Positions 32,965 to 44,344 of a stretch of 64,000 nt of DNA are shown here, piece after piece. Every line of letters begins with the position of its first letter. The first letter of the stretch is position 1. The position numbers and the translations under genes are program-made. The stretch is from Gammaproteobacteria bacterium. GTDB lineage: Bacteria > Pseudomonadota > Gammaproteobacteria > WFUO01. Below the pieces are notes generated by a model. That model did not search any database. It had not been told where the DNA came from and was given only the letters and a program-made list of their open reading frames with translations. Where the stretch lies: positions 60,096 through 124,095 of the forward strand of contig WFUO01000035.1 of assembly GCA_015484945.1 (NCBI GenBank), in the 5' to 3' direction.

Positions 32965-34755
32965 TCAAGCCCCGGCAGACAGTGGATCGACATGCGTCTG
33001 CAGCCAGAATTCCAGCAATGCCAGATGCCAGAGCTTGCTGCCCTGGATACGGGTGAAGTGACGCTCCGGTTCACTCAGCAGCCTGCTCACGTAGGCCGGA
33101 TTGTACAAACCACGCTGACGGCAGGCATCGGAGGTCAGTATCTCGCGCATGAAATCGAGAAACTCGCCTTCCACATACTTGAGCGCTGGCACCGGAAAAT
33201 AACCCTTGGGCCGGTCGATGACCGCATCCGGGATACGCCCGCGCGCGATGGTGCGTAATACATGCTTGCCACCACTGCGCAACTTCAGCTCGGGCGGCAT
33301 CTGCGCCGCCAGCTCGACCAGCTCGTGATCGAGAAACGGTACCCGCGCCTCCAGTCCCCAGGCCATGGTCATGTTATCGACCCGCTTGACCGGATCATCG
33401 ACAATCAGCGTGGTGACATCGAAACGCAGCACCTGGTCGATGAACTCGTCGGCATCCGCCATACCAAGATGTTCCTCGACCAATGCCGAGGTGTAGTCGA
33501 TACCACAGTCATCGACATTGATCATCTCGCAAAACTCGTCGTGGTCGCGGTCGAAGTAGTGACGCGCAAAACGCGCCAGCGGTGGACCGCTGTCGTCATG
33601 CATGCGCGGATACCAGAAATAACCACCGAACACCTCGTCGGCACCCTGCCCGCTCTGGACCACCTTGACGTGTCGCGACACCTGCTCCGCCAACAGGTAG
33701 AAGGCCACCGCATCCTGGCCCACCATCGGCTCGGCCATTGCGCGCACAGCCTCCGGCAGCCGTTTCAGCACCTCGCTGTTCGGGATCACGAACTTGTGAT
33801 GGTCGGTGTGATAACGCGCCACCACCTGATCCGAATATTCGAACTCCGATCCTTTCTCCTCGGGCTTGTCCTCGAAACCGACCGAAAAGGTCTTCAGGTC
33901 ATCGACGCCGGCCTCGGCCAGCAGCGCCACCAGCAAACTGGAATCCAGCCCGCCGGACAGCAACACGCCCACCGGAACATCGGCAATCTGCTTGCGTTTC
34001 TCGACCGCGCTGCGCAGCGCATCGTGTATGGCCTCGGTCCACTCCCATTCGGTGCGCGCCACCGCCGGGCGTGTCGCTCGCAGACGCCACCAGACATCGA
34101 CCGTTACCCCGCCGTCGGTATCGATACACAGGCGTGTGGCGGGCGCGACCTTTCGCACCCCCTTGAGGATGGTACGTGGCGCGGGCACCACGGCGTGCAG
34201 GGTGAAGTGATGATGCAGCGCCACATTGTCGATGGTGGTATCGATGCCACCGGCGGCCAGCAGCGCAGGCAGGCTGGAGGCGAACAACACCCGGTGATCG
34301 TCGATACTGTAATACAGCGGCTTGATGCCAAAGCGGTCACGCACCAGATACAGGCGTTGCGCGCGGCTGTCCCAGACGGCGATGGCGAACATGCCATGCA
34401 GGCGTTCGACACACGCCGGCCCCCATTCGGCCCAGGCCCTGAGGATTACCTCGGTATCGCTGTGACCATGAAAGACATGACCCCTGTCGCGCAGCGTGCG
34501 CTGCAGCGCGGGGTAGTTGTAGATGGTACCGTTGAACACCAGCGTCAGCCCGCTGGCCTGGTCGTGCATGGGCTGGTGGCCGGCCTCGCTCAGGTCGATG
34601 ATGGCCAGACGCCGGTGCCCCATGGCCAGCGGGCCTGACTGCCAATGCCCTTCATCATCGGGTCCGCGTGGCGCGAGCACGCGCAGCATGGCGTCGATAC
34701 GTTTCCGCCCGGGCGCCTCGCCGTCGAGACGCAGCTCACCACAGATGCCGCACAT
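32965..34755 (-). CDS. Asparagine-synthase-family amidotransferase, N-acetylglutaminylglutamine (AsnO/NAGGN) type
   Basis: MCGI Ntn N-terminus, LLSGGLDSS, KVVQSGQGADEVFGGY, VDDPVKRVDNMTMAWGLEARVPF, KGYFPVP. Confidence 0.88.
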   Translation of the reverse strand: MCGICGELRLDGEAPGRKRIDAMLRVLAPRGPDDEGHWQSGPLAMGHRRLAIIDLSEAGHQPMHDQASGLTLVFNGTIYNYPALQRTLRDRGHVFHGHSDTEVILRAWAEWGPACVERLHGMFAIAVWDSRAQRLYLVRDRFGIKPLYYSIDDHRVLFASSLPALLAAGGIDTTIDNVALHHHFTLHAVVPAPRTILKGVRKVAPATRLCIDTDGGVTVDVWWRLRATRPAVARTEWEWTEAIHDALRSAVEKRKQIADVPVGVLLSGGLDSSLLVALLAEAGVDDLKTFSVGFEDKPEEKGSEFEYSDQVVARYHTDHHKFVIPNSEVLKRLPEAVRAMAEPMVGQDAVAFYLLAEQVSRHVKVVQSGQGADEVFGGYFWYPRMHDDSGPPLARFARHYFDRDHDEFCEMINVDDCGIDYTSALVEEHLGMADADEFIDQVLRFDVTTLIVDDPVKRVDNMTMAWGLEARVPFLDHELVELAAQMPPELKLRSGGKHVLRTIARGRIPDAVIDRPKGYFPVPALKYVEGEFLDFMREILTSDACRQRGLYNPAYVSRLLSEPERHFTRIQGSKLWHLALLEFWLQTHVDPLSAGA

Positions 34756-34758
34756 AGG

Positions 34759-35088
34759 TTATCGCTGGATCACGGTAAGGAAGTTGCGTACACGCTTCAC
34801 CCCCGGAATGCGCCGTGTAATCTCACTGGCACGCACGATGGCGCGGGTGCTGCCCACGGTGCCGCGCAGGGTCACCACGCCCCTCACGGTGGTGACGCGG
34901 ATACCGGTGGCGCGCACATCGCTGGCCTTTACCAGCGCGGTGTTGACATCACGCGTAATCAACTGATCGCTGCGCGACGGCGCCGGCGCGGCACTCCCGC
35001 CTCCACTGGCGATGATGGCCGATGCGCAGCCCTGCAGGCCGGTGGCAACGGTTATAGCGAGAATCATGGCCGCCAAAGACTTCATCAT
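34759..35088 (-). CDS. BON-domain lipoprotein
   Basis: Lipobox LQGC; SDQLIT..V..AL, IRVTT..GVVTLRG, GVKRVRNFL. Confidence 0.88.
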   Translation of the reverse strand: MMKSLAAMILAITVATGLQGCASAIIASGGGSAAPAPSRSDQLITRDVNTALVKASDVRATGIRVTTVRGVVTLRGTVGSTRAIVRASEITRRIPGVKRVRNFLTVIQR

Positions 35089-36656
35089 GCACTCCTGTCA
35101 GCCGTATGGCTGTCTGCGTTTTCTTCCGTCCTGCCCCAGCCACCGCCACCCGGCGTCTCGATCCGGACACGATCGCCCTTGCGGGCCTGAAAACTGCACT
35201 TGCCGGGCAGAGGTTCGTCATTGAGCAGGTTTCGTCCGGCCGCGCCGGACGCACCGCCTGCCAACCCCCAGGGCTGGTGACGCCGCCTTTCCGCTAGAAT
35301 AGTGACATGCGCGTCGGCCAGCAAGCCGTATTCCCGCACGATGCCATCGCCGCCACGATGCACGCCCGCGCCACCGGAACCCCGCCGGATCGCGTAACGC
35401 AGCACCCGCACCGGATAACGCATCTCCAGCGCCTCGATCGGTGTATTGAGGGTGTTGGTCATGTGGGTCTGCACTGCCGACAGGCCGTCGTAGCGCGGGC
35501 CGGCGCCCATCCCCCCGCCAATGGTCTCATAGTAATCCCATTCCCTGCCTGGCTCACGCGAACCCATGGCGAGATTGTTCATGCTCCCGTGACTGGCCGC
35601 CGGCATACCATCGATGGCCTGCGCCAGCGCGCCGATCACCGCATCGACGATGCGCGTGCTGGTCTCCACGTTGCCCGCGGCCACCGCGGCCGGCCGGCGC
35701 GCATTGAGCAGGCAGCCCGCAGGGGCACGGATGGAGATGCTGCGGAAACTGCCGGCACAGGCCGGTGTCCGGGACGGCATCAGGCAGCGGAACACGTAGT
35801 AAACCGCCGCCGCGGCCACCGACAGCGGACAATTGACATTGCCCGCCACCTGCGGCGCCGTGCCGTCGAAATCCACCGTCACCGCGTGCCCGCTGACACG
35901 CAGGGTCACGGCAATCGGCAGGTCGAGCTGGCCCTGACCGTCGTCGTCGAGCATATCGGTGAAACGGTAACAGCCATCCGGAATCGCTTTCAGGCTGCTG
36001 GCGGCCAGGCGCGCGGCATAGTCGTTCAGGGCCGCCAGCGCCGTACGCCATTCCGCCGGCGTCATCGGTACCAGCAGATCCTGCAGGCGGCGGATCCCGG
36101 TCAGGTTGGCGCTGATCTGGGCGGCGAAATCACCCCGCGACTCGGCCTGGTTGCGGGTTGCGGCCACCAGCGCCTCCAGTTGCGCCTCGTCGGTCCTGCC
36201 GGCCACCACCAGCCGGGTCGGCGGAATCACCAGCCCCTCCTCGTCAAGACTGCGCGAGACGGGCATGGATCCCGGCGTTTCGGCGCCGATGTCCGCATGA
36301 TGGGCGCGGTTGACGACAAATGCAACCAGTTCCTGATGGTGATAAACCGGCGCGACAAGGGTCACGTCGGGCAGATGGGTGCCGCCCAGATAGGGATCGT
36401 TGAGAATGACCATGTCGCCAGGCTGCCAGTCGATGTTGCCAACGATGTCGCGCATCGCATAGGCCATGCTGCCCAGATGCACCGGGATGTGCGCGGCCTG
36501 GGCGCACAGCAGGCCATCGGCATCGAAAACCGCGCATGAGTAATCCAGACGATCACGGATATTGGCCGAAAATGCCGTGCGTTGCAGCACCGCACCCATT
36601 TCCTCGCACACAGCCGCGATACGGCTGGAAAATACGCTCAGATCGATGGCATCCAT
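35085..36656 (-). CDS. Hydantoinase B / 5-oxoprolinase subunit B family
   Basis: EEMG..L.RTAFS.NIRDRLDYSCA, HIPVHLG, NDPYLGGTHLPD, HHADIG, HMTNT.NTP.E, TPGGGGWG. Confidence 0.93.
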   Translation of the reverse strand: MDAIDLSVFSSRIAAVCEEMGAVLQRTAFSANIRDRLDYSCAVFDADGLLCAQAAHIPVHLGSMAYAMRDIVGNIDWQPGDMVILNDPYLGGTHLPDVTLVAPVYHHQELVAFVVNRAHHADIGAETPGSMPVSRSLDEEGLVIPPTRLVVAGRTDEAQLEALVAATRNQAESRGDFAAQISANLTGIRRLQDLLVPMTPAEWRTALAALNDYAARLAASSLKAIPDGCYRFTDMLDDDGQGQLDLPIAVTLRVSGHAVTVDFDGTAPQVAGNVNCPLSVAAAAVYYVFRCLMPSRTPACAGSFRSISIRAPAGCLLNARRPAAVAAGNVETSTRIVDAVIGALAQAIDGMPAASHGSMNNLAMGSREPGREWDYYETIGGGMGAGPRYDGLSAVQTHMTNTLNTPIEALEMRYPVRVLRYAIRRGSGGAGVHRGGDGIVREYGLLADAHVTILAERRRHQPWGLAGGASGAAGRNLLNDEPLPGKCSFQARKGDRVRIETPGGGGWGRTEENADSHTADRSA

Positions 36657-36816
36657 GAAGCGGCAGTGTAGCAGACCCGCGCGCCTGCGTGATCCCCGAC
36701 GATATACATTGCAATCAAGGGCGGCTGGTCACTATAATTGCCGCAGAGATTCAGTCGGGTATGCTGCCTGAGACAGGCCATACTTTCTTAATATATAACA
36801 ACACAGGGGGAGACCC

Positions 36817-37428
36817 ATGAACCCATTGAAATCCATTGTTGGTACCATCGTCACCGGCTTCGTGCTGGCCGGCATCATGATTTTTGCCTTCAAGAGCGGC
36901 AATGGCAACCCCAAGGAATGGACCATCTGGCTGCACGCCATTTTCGGTGTGCTGTGGATCGGGCTGCTCTATTATTTCAACTTTGTTCAGGTTCCGGCCG
37001 TGGCCAAGGCGCTTGGCGAGGCCGACAGCGGCGGCCCCGGTCCGGCGGCAATCAACAAGTACGTGGCACCGCGCGCCCTGGCCTGGTTCCGCTACGCAGC
37101 CTTGCTGACCTGGCTGACCGGTGCCGCAGCACTGTGGAAATACGGTGTTCTGAAACAGGCCTTCATGCTTGAAGGTCTGAGCACGGGCGCCACCACTGCC
37201 ATCATCGGCATCGGCGCGTGGCTGGGCACCATCATGTTGTTCAACGTCTGGGTATTGATCTGGCCCAACCAGAAGAAGATCCTCGGCCTGACCGAAGCGA
37301 CCCCGGAACAGGTTGCCAAGGCCAAGGTCGTCGCCCTGATGGCCTCGCGCACCAACACCGTGCTGTCGATTCCGATGCTGCTGGCCATGACCGCCAGCCA
37401 GATCCACAATGGCGGCATGCCACTGTAA
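36817..37428 (+). CDS. Membrane protein with urate-oxidase N-terminal (PuuD-like) domain, no cytochrome c domain
   Basis: WLH..G..WIGLLYYFN, WFRYAA..TWLTG, GTIMLFNVW..IWPNQKK, SRTNT.LSIPM; no CxxCH. Confidence 0.8.
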   Translation: MNPLKSIVGTIVTGFVLAGIMIFAFKSGNGNPKEWTIWLHAIFGVLWIGLLYYFNFVQVPAVAKALGEADSGGPGPAAINKYVAPRALAWFRYAALLTWLTGAAALWKYGVLKQAFMLEGLSTGATTAIIGIGAWLGTIMLFNVWVLIWPNQKKILGLTEATPEQVAKAKVVALMASRTNTVLSIPMLLAMTASQIHNGGMPL

Positions 37429-37451
37429 AAGGAATCTTTCCGTTCCTGAAG

Positions 37452-37477
37452 AAACCCGGCCTTGCGCCGGGTTTTTT
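37452..37477 (+). terminator. Intrinsic terminator
   Basis: AAACCCGGC-cttgc-GCCGGGTTTTTT just after stop at 37428. Confidence 0.85.
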
Positions 37478-37577
37478 CGTCACCGCCCTTGTTGAACGGG
37501 ACGTTCCTGATTTATGATTCAGGCAACGGGCGTCACCCAGCGGTGCCGCTCTTTTTTGTTTTGTGGACGATGCGACG

Positions 37578-38755
<1,178 letters not shown>

Positions 38756-38759
<4 letters not shown>

Positions 38760-39658
38760 AACCCCGGCATTTCCTCACCCTGCTGGATCTGGACAGCGGC
38801 GAACTGCAGGCACTGATCGACCGCGCGCGTGAACTCAAGGCATTGCAGAAAAACGGCGTGGCGCACCGGACACGGCCTGGCAAGGTCATGGCCATGGTGT
38901 TTGAAAAATCATCGACACGTACCCGCGTATCGTTCGAAACCGGCATGATCCAGCTCGGTGGCCAGGCACTGTTTCTTTCGCCACGCGATACCCAGCTCGG
39001 CCGTGGCGAACCCATCGAGGACAGCGCGCGGGTGCTGTCACGCATGGTGGATATCATCATGATTCGCACCTTCGAGCACGAAAAGATCGAACGCTTTGCC
39101 GAATTTTCCGATGTCCCGGTCATCAATGCGCTGACCGACATGTACCACCCCTGTCAGTTGCTGGCCGACATCATGACCTGGCAGGAACACCGCGACGACA
39201 TCCGTGGAAAGAAAGCCGCCTGGATAGGTGACGGCAACAACATGTGTCATTCGTGGATCAATGCCGCACGCCGCTTCGATTTCCACCTCGCCATCGCCAC
39301 ACCCGAGGGCTTCGACCCTGATCCTAACGTACTCGCGGCCGCCGGCGATCGGGTAGCGCTGTTCCGTCAGCCCGCCGACGCCGCCGCAGACGCCGACCTG
39401 GTGGTTACCGACGTGTGGACCAGCATGGGTCAGGAAGATGAACAGAAACGTCGCGAACGGGCGTTCGCCGGCTATATCGTCGATGACGATCTGATGGCCT
39501 GCGCCAATGAAGACGCCCTGTTCATGCACTGCCTGCCGGCCCATCGCGGTGAAGAAGTCAGTGCCAGTGTCATCGACGGCCCGCACAGCGTGGTCTGGGA
39601 CGAAGCCGAAAACCGCCTGCATGCGCAAAAGGCACTGATCGAGCTGTTGCTGGCCTAG
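38756..39658 (+). CDS. argF: Ornithine carbamoyltransferase
   Basis: SSTRTR, HPCQ, GDGNN, SMG, HCLP, EAENR. Confidence 0.97.
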
Positions 39659-39729
39659 CCCGGATATCGCACCGGCCGAACCGTACTTAGAACATCATCA
39701 ACTGAAACAGTATGCAAGCTAGCCCGGAT
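39655..39729. mobile_element. Partial copy of the CTAG-MITE end, overlapping argF stop
   Basis: 39655-39710 matches revcomp of 21806-21861 at 50/56; second CTAGCCCGGAT at 39719. Confidence 0.8.
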
Positions 39730-39838
39730 CATGCTTTTTGGGTTCCGTTCATGCATACTTGAAGTAAGCGCCGATCGACTCATGTGTATTTGCTGAGCCA
39801 AACAAAGACGACGCGACAGGATTTGGAAACCGTTCAAG

Positions 39839-41812
39839 ATGCATCAAGACCTCCTGCAACAGATCGTCCTGCTGCTCGCTGTCGCCGTCGTGGCCGTGGT
39901 GATTTTCAGGCGTTTCCATCTACCCCCCATCCTTGCCTACCTGAGTGTCGGTGTACTGATCGGCCCGCATGGCCTGAAACTGATCGAAGACAGCAGTGAC
40001 ACGCGCTTCCTCGCCGAATTCGGTGTCGTGTTCCTGCTGTTTACCGTTGGCCTGGAATTCTCTCTGCGCCAGCTCAAGGCCATGAAAAACATCGTCATCG
40101 GCCTGGGTGGCGCACAGGTCATCATCAGCCTGCTGTTTTTCGGCGGCATTGGCTGGCTCATGGGCCTGAGAACCGACAGCGCCATCATCCTCGGCGGTAT
40201 CCTCGCCCTGTCGTCCACGGCCATTGTCATCAAACAGCTCAATGAACAGCTGGAATTGAACTCGCGTCACGGCCGCCTGGCACTCGGCATCCTGATCTTC
40301 CAGGATCTGGCTGTGATCCCGTTGCTGATCCTCATCAATCTGATGTCGCAAGACAGCGGCGGATCGTTCATGCAATCGGTTTTGCTGGCGCTGTTCAAGG
40401 GCGTGCTGGCCTTCGTGATCCTGCTCGCCATCGGCCATTGGTTCCTGCGCCCGTTGTTTCGTCTCATCGCACGCGCACATTCGTCCGAACTGTTCATCCT
40501 GACGGTGCTGCTGGTCAGTCTTGCCGCCGCCAGCCTCACAGACGCTGCCGGTCTGTCTCTGGCCCTGGGTGGTTTCCTTGCCGGCGCCATGCTCGGTGAA
40601 ACCGAGTTCCGTCACCAGATCGAATCGGACATCAAGCCATTCCGAGACGTGCTGCTGGGCCTTTTCTTCATCACCATCGGCATGCTGCTCAACATACACG
40701 GGCTGCCCGCCATCTGGCACTGGCTGGCGCTCACAGTGACAGTCTATGTCCTGTTCAAACTCGGACTCGTGTACCTGCTTGCCAGGCTTGCGCATCACGA
40801 ACCCGGGGTCTCGTTCCGTACCGGCCTGGTACTGGCCCAGGGTGGTGAATTCGGTTTCGCCCTGCTCAGCCTGGCACTGACCGGCAAGCTATTCGACGAC
40901 CAGACCGGTCAGATACTGCTCGCCACCATGTTCATCAGCATGGCCATTGCGCCATTGCTGATCCGTTACAACGGCGTGTTGGCCAAGCGCCTGTTCGCCT
41001 CAAGCTACCTGGCCAACCGTGCCGAACAGGAAGAGATGATCGCCAGCCGCACCGAAGGCCTGCAGGATCATGTCATCATCTGCGGTTACGGCCGTATCGG
41101 CCAGAACATCTCACGTTTTCTCGACCAGGAGGGTTTCGACTATGTGGCGCTGGATCTGGATCCGGTCATCACCCGCGAGGCCAATGAAGCCGGTGATCCC
41201 GTCTTCTATGGTGATGCCACGCACCGCGAGAATCTCAAGGCCGCCGGCCTGATGCACGCACGCGTACTGGTGATCAGCTTCGACGCCCCCAAGGCCGCCG
41301 TCCGCATCCTGGCCGAAACCCGCGCCCTGCGCCCGGACATCCCGATACTGGTACGCACGCGAGACGACACCTGGCTGGATGCCCTGCAGGAACAGGGGGC
41401 CACCGAGGTCGTACCCGAAACACTGGAAGCCAGCCTGATGCTCGCCTCGCATCTGTTGTTCCTGCTCGACGTACCGGTATCCAACATCATCCGCTATGTG
41501 CGCAACGTGCGCGAAGACCGTTACCGCCTGCTACGCGGTTTCTTCCACGGCGACGAGGCACTGCCCCTGGATGGCGAGCACCCCGGGCGTGAGGGTCTGC
41601 ATGCGGTGACCCTGCAAAAGGGCAGCAAGGCAATCGGCAAGACGCTCAACGAACTCGACCTGGAGTCACATCACATTACCGTCACCGCGTTGCGCCGGGG
41701 AGAAGAAAAGAATACCGCCCCGCGTCATGACATCATACTGCAGGAAAACGACGTTCTGGTTTTGTATGGCACCCCGGAAGACATCGAACATGCCGAATCG
41801 TTGCTGCTGTAA
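39839..41812 (+). CDS. CPA2 monovalent cation:proton antiporter (Kef-like) with TrkA-N and TrkA-C domains
   Basis: AEFGVVFLLFTVGLEFS, LSSTAIV, FQDLAV, QGGEF, CGYGRIG, YGDAT. Confidence 0.9.
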   Translation: MHQDLLQQIVLLLAVAVVAVVIFRRFHLPPILAYLSVGVLIGPHGLKLIEDSSDTRFLAEFGVVFLLFTVGLEFSLRQLKAMKNIVIGLGGAQVIISLLFFGGIGWLMGLRTDSAIILGGILALSSTAIVIKQLNEQLELNSRHGRLALGILIFQDLAVIPLLILINLMSQDSGGSFMQSVLLALFKGVLAFVILLAIGHWFLRPLFRLIARAHSSELFILTVLLVSLAAASLTDAAGLSLALGGFLAGAMLGETEFRHQIESDIKPFRDVLLGLFFITIGMLLNIHGLPAIWHWLALTVTVYVLFKLGLVYLLARLAHHEPGVSFRTGLVLAQGGEFGFALLSLALTGKLFDDQTGQILLATMFISMAIAPLLIRYNGVLAKRLFASSYLANRAEQEEMIASRTEGLQDHVIICGYGRIGQNISRFLDQEGFDYVALDLDPVITREANEAGDPVFYGDATHRENLKAAGLMHARVLVISFDAPKAAVRILAETRALRPDIPILVRTRDDTWLDALQEQGATEVVPETLEASLMLASHLLFLLDVPVSNIIRYVRNVREDRYRLLRGFFHGDEALPLDGEHPGREGLHAVTLQKGSKAIGKTLNELDLESHHITVTALRRGEEKNTAPRHDIILQENDVLVLYGTPEDIEHAESLLL

Positions 41813-41836
41813 ACACAGCCATGGGATAATGCCCCG

Positions 41837-42352
41837 ATGAGTGAACCCGGCAACCAAACCGAACGCATGGGCGCCCACATGTCACTGATCGCCTGGGTTC
41901 TGGGCATCGGTCTGCTGACATGGCTGTTCAACGGCTACCTCAATCGCCAGAACAGTCCCGAGCCCGATGTACAGCGCAGTGGCGATGTGCGCCAGATCGT
42001 GCTCAGACGCAACCGCCAGGGACACTACCTGCTGGCGGGACGTGTCAATGGGCGCAGGGTCGTGTTCCTGCTCGATACCGGGGCCACGTCGATCACCATA
42101 CCGGGCCCGGTTGCCGCGCGTATCGGCCTCGAACGTGGCCGCCCGTACCGGGCACGCACCGCCAACGGCGTCATCACGGTCTATGCCACGCGTATCCGTG
42201 AACTGCGCCTGGGCAATATCGTACTCCACAACGTGCGTGCCAGCATCAATCCGCACATGCGCGGCCAGGAGGCGCTGCTTGGCATGTCGGCAATCAAGCG
42301 CCTTGAGATGATACAGCGTGGCAACAAACTGATACTGAGACAGCGTCGCTGA
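41837..42352 (+). CDS. Membrane-anchored clan AA (retropepsin-like) aspartic protease
   Basis: N-terminal TM, GHY, FLLDTGAT, TANG, LLGMS. Confidence 0.9.
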   Translation: MSEPGNQTERMGAHMSLIAWVLGIGLLTWLFNGYLNRQNSPEPDVQRSGDVRQIVLRRNRQGHYLLAGRVNGRRVVFLLDTGATSITIPGPVAARIGLERGRPYRARTANGVITVYATRIRELRLGNIVLHNVRASINPHMRGQEALLGMSAIKRLEMIQRGNKLILRQRR

Positions 42353-42364
42353 AGGAGCATAACA

Positions 42365-42706
42365 GTGAGTGATTCATCCGAACTCGGCATCGAAGACATC
42401 AAGACCGGCGAAGGCGCCGAAGTGACCGGGCGCGGCCAGACCGTGATCGTTCACTACACCGGTTGGCTGGAAGACGGCACCCAATTCGATTCAAGCCGGG
42501 ACCGCAACGATCCGTTCAGCTTTCCGGTCGATGTTGGCTATGTCATCAAGGGGTGGGACGAGGGCGTCAAGGGAATGAAGGTTGGTGGCGTACGCAAGCT
42601 GACGGTACCGCCCGAACTGGGTTACGGCAAGGCAGGTGCCGGCGGCGTGATCCCGCCCAACGCCACACTGATATTCGAGATCGAGTTGCTGGAAATCAGT
42701 GAATAG
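42365..42706 (+). CDS. Cytoplasmic FKBP-type peptidyl-prolyl isomerase
   Basis: [42 protein letters not shown]. Confidence 0.95.
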   Translation: MSDSSELGIEDIKTGEGAEVTGRGQTVIVHYTGWLEDGTQFDSSRDRNDPFSFPVDVGYVIKGWDEGVKGMKVGGVRKLTVPPELGYGKAGAGGVIPPNATLIFEIELLEISE

Positions 42707-43550
42707 TCCTTACACACTGCCACCGCAGGATGTCATTGCGGCCAACGTGCGCATGGCACTGGATGAGGACATCGGCAGCGGTGATGTCACGGCGCAACTC
42801 ATCGCCGCGCACAGCCGTTCAACGGGACGGGTGATCGCGCGTGAATCGGCCGTACTGTGCGGTACGGCCTGGTTCGATGAAGTCTTCCGCCAGATCGATC
42901 ATACCGTGCATGTGAACTGGCAGCGTCACGATGGCGACCGTATCGCGCCAGATGAGGTACTGTGCACTGTGGAAGGGCCGTCACGCGCGCTGCTGAGCGG
43001 TGAACGCGCGGCGCTGAACCTGCTGCAGACCCTGTCCGGCACAGCAACCACAGCGTCGCGCTGGGCCAATGCCGTATCCGGCCTGGCGGTACGCATCCTC
43101 GATACACGCAAGACCCTGCCGGGTCTGCGACTGGCACAAAAATACGCAGTAACATGTGGCGGCTGCCATAACCACCGTACCGGCCTGTACGATGCCATCC
43201 TGATAAAGGAAAACCACATCACCGCCTGTGGCGGCATCACCGCGGCCATCGAGCAGGCCCGCCAACGACACTCCGGTCTGCCGCTGATGGTCGAGGTCGA
43301 GAACATGGATCAGCTGCGCGAGGCGCTGGATGCCGGCGCGCCACACCTGTTGCTGGACAATTTCACTCCCGAGGCACTGCGTGAAGCAGTGGCCGTCAAT
43401 GCCGGCCGTGCCGAACTCGAGGCCTCGGGCAGCATTACGCTCGACAACATTCGCGACTACGCCCTGACCGGCGTGGACTACATCTCCACCGGGGCACTGA
43501 CCAAGCATCTGCGCGCCATCGATTTCTCGCTGCGCTTCGAAACCGCCTGA
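42699..43550 (+). CDS. nadC: Quinolinate phosphoribosyltransferase
   Basis: [46 protein letters not shown]. Confidence 0.97.
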   Translation: MNSPYTLPPQDVIAANVRMALDEDIGSGDVTAQLIAAHSRSTGRVIARESAVLCGTAWFDEVFRQIDHTVHVNWQRHDGDRIAPDEVLCTVEGPSRALLSGERAALNLLQTLSGTATTASRWANAVSGLAVRILDTRKTLPGLRLAQKYAVTCGGCHNHRTGLYDAILIKENHITACGGITAAIEQARQRHSGLPLMVEVENMDQLREALDAGAPHLLLDNFTPEALREAVAVNAGRAELEASGSITLDNIRDYALTGVDYISTGALTKHLRAIDFSLRFETA

Positions 43551-44339
43551 TCAACCGATCAGACCGGCGATCACCCGGAGGGTGATGAATACGATGATCA
43601 GCGACAACAGGATACGCAACCAGCGGCCGGGCACTCGCTGGCTGAAACGGGCGCCAAGCTGGGCACCGGCGATCGCGCCCACGACAACGACCACGGATTC
43701 CAGCCATGGCACCTGGAAGGTGCCAATCCGCCCCAGCATGACCGAAAACGAAGACAGTATCCCGACCAGCAGAGCCGAACCGACCGCGATCCGGGTCGGG
43801 ATATGCAGCAGATGCAACATCACCGGCACGAACAGAAATCCCCCGCCCTGTCCGACGATGCCGGACAAAAGGCCCAGCAAGCCACCCCAACCAACTGCAG
43901 CGCGATGATGAAAGCGGGTTGTCGCGCCGTGTACGTCATCGCTGTCGTCCACCGGCCTGCGCGGTAACAGCATCAATAGCGATGCACAGATTGCCATCCC
44001 GGCAAAGACCAGCATGATCAGCAGTTCAGGCACTCGGGCAGACAACCAGGAACCAAGCAATGCGGTCAGTGACATGCTGCCGCCGAAACACCATACCAGC
44101 GGCCCGCTGATGCGTCCAAAACGATGATGTCCCAAGGCGCCGGACAACGCGCCCGCAAAGCTCTGCACCGATGTGATCGCGGCCGCCGTTTTGATACCAA
44201 ACGCCGCCATACCCAACAAAGGCGGCACCTCGAGCAACAGCGGAAACATGACGATGCCGCCACCTATGCCGAGCAGCCCCGAAAGCAGACCACCGCCCAT
44301 GCCGAGCAGGAACAACACCGTCAGCGCAAAAACATCCAC
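43551..44339 (-). CDS. TauE/SafE (TSUP) family transporter
   Basis: Repeated SGLLGIGGG / SGIVGQGGG..VP motifs, about 8 TM; 5 nt downstream of selD. Confidence 0.9.
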   Translation of the reverse strand: MDVFALTVLFLLGMGGGLLSGLLGIGGGIVMFPLLLEVPPLLGMAAFGIKTAAAITSVQSFAGALSGALGHHRFGRISGPLVWCFGGSMSLTALLGSWLSARVPELLIMLVFAGMAICASLLMLLPRRPVDDSDDVHGATTRFHHRAAVGWGGLLGLLSGIVGQGGGFLFVPVMLHLLHIPTRIAVGSALLVGILSSFSVMLGRIGTFQVPWLESVVVVVGAIAGAQLGARFSQRVPGRWLRILLSLIIVFITLRVIAGLIG

Positions 44340-44344
44340 CTCGA

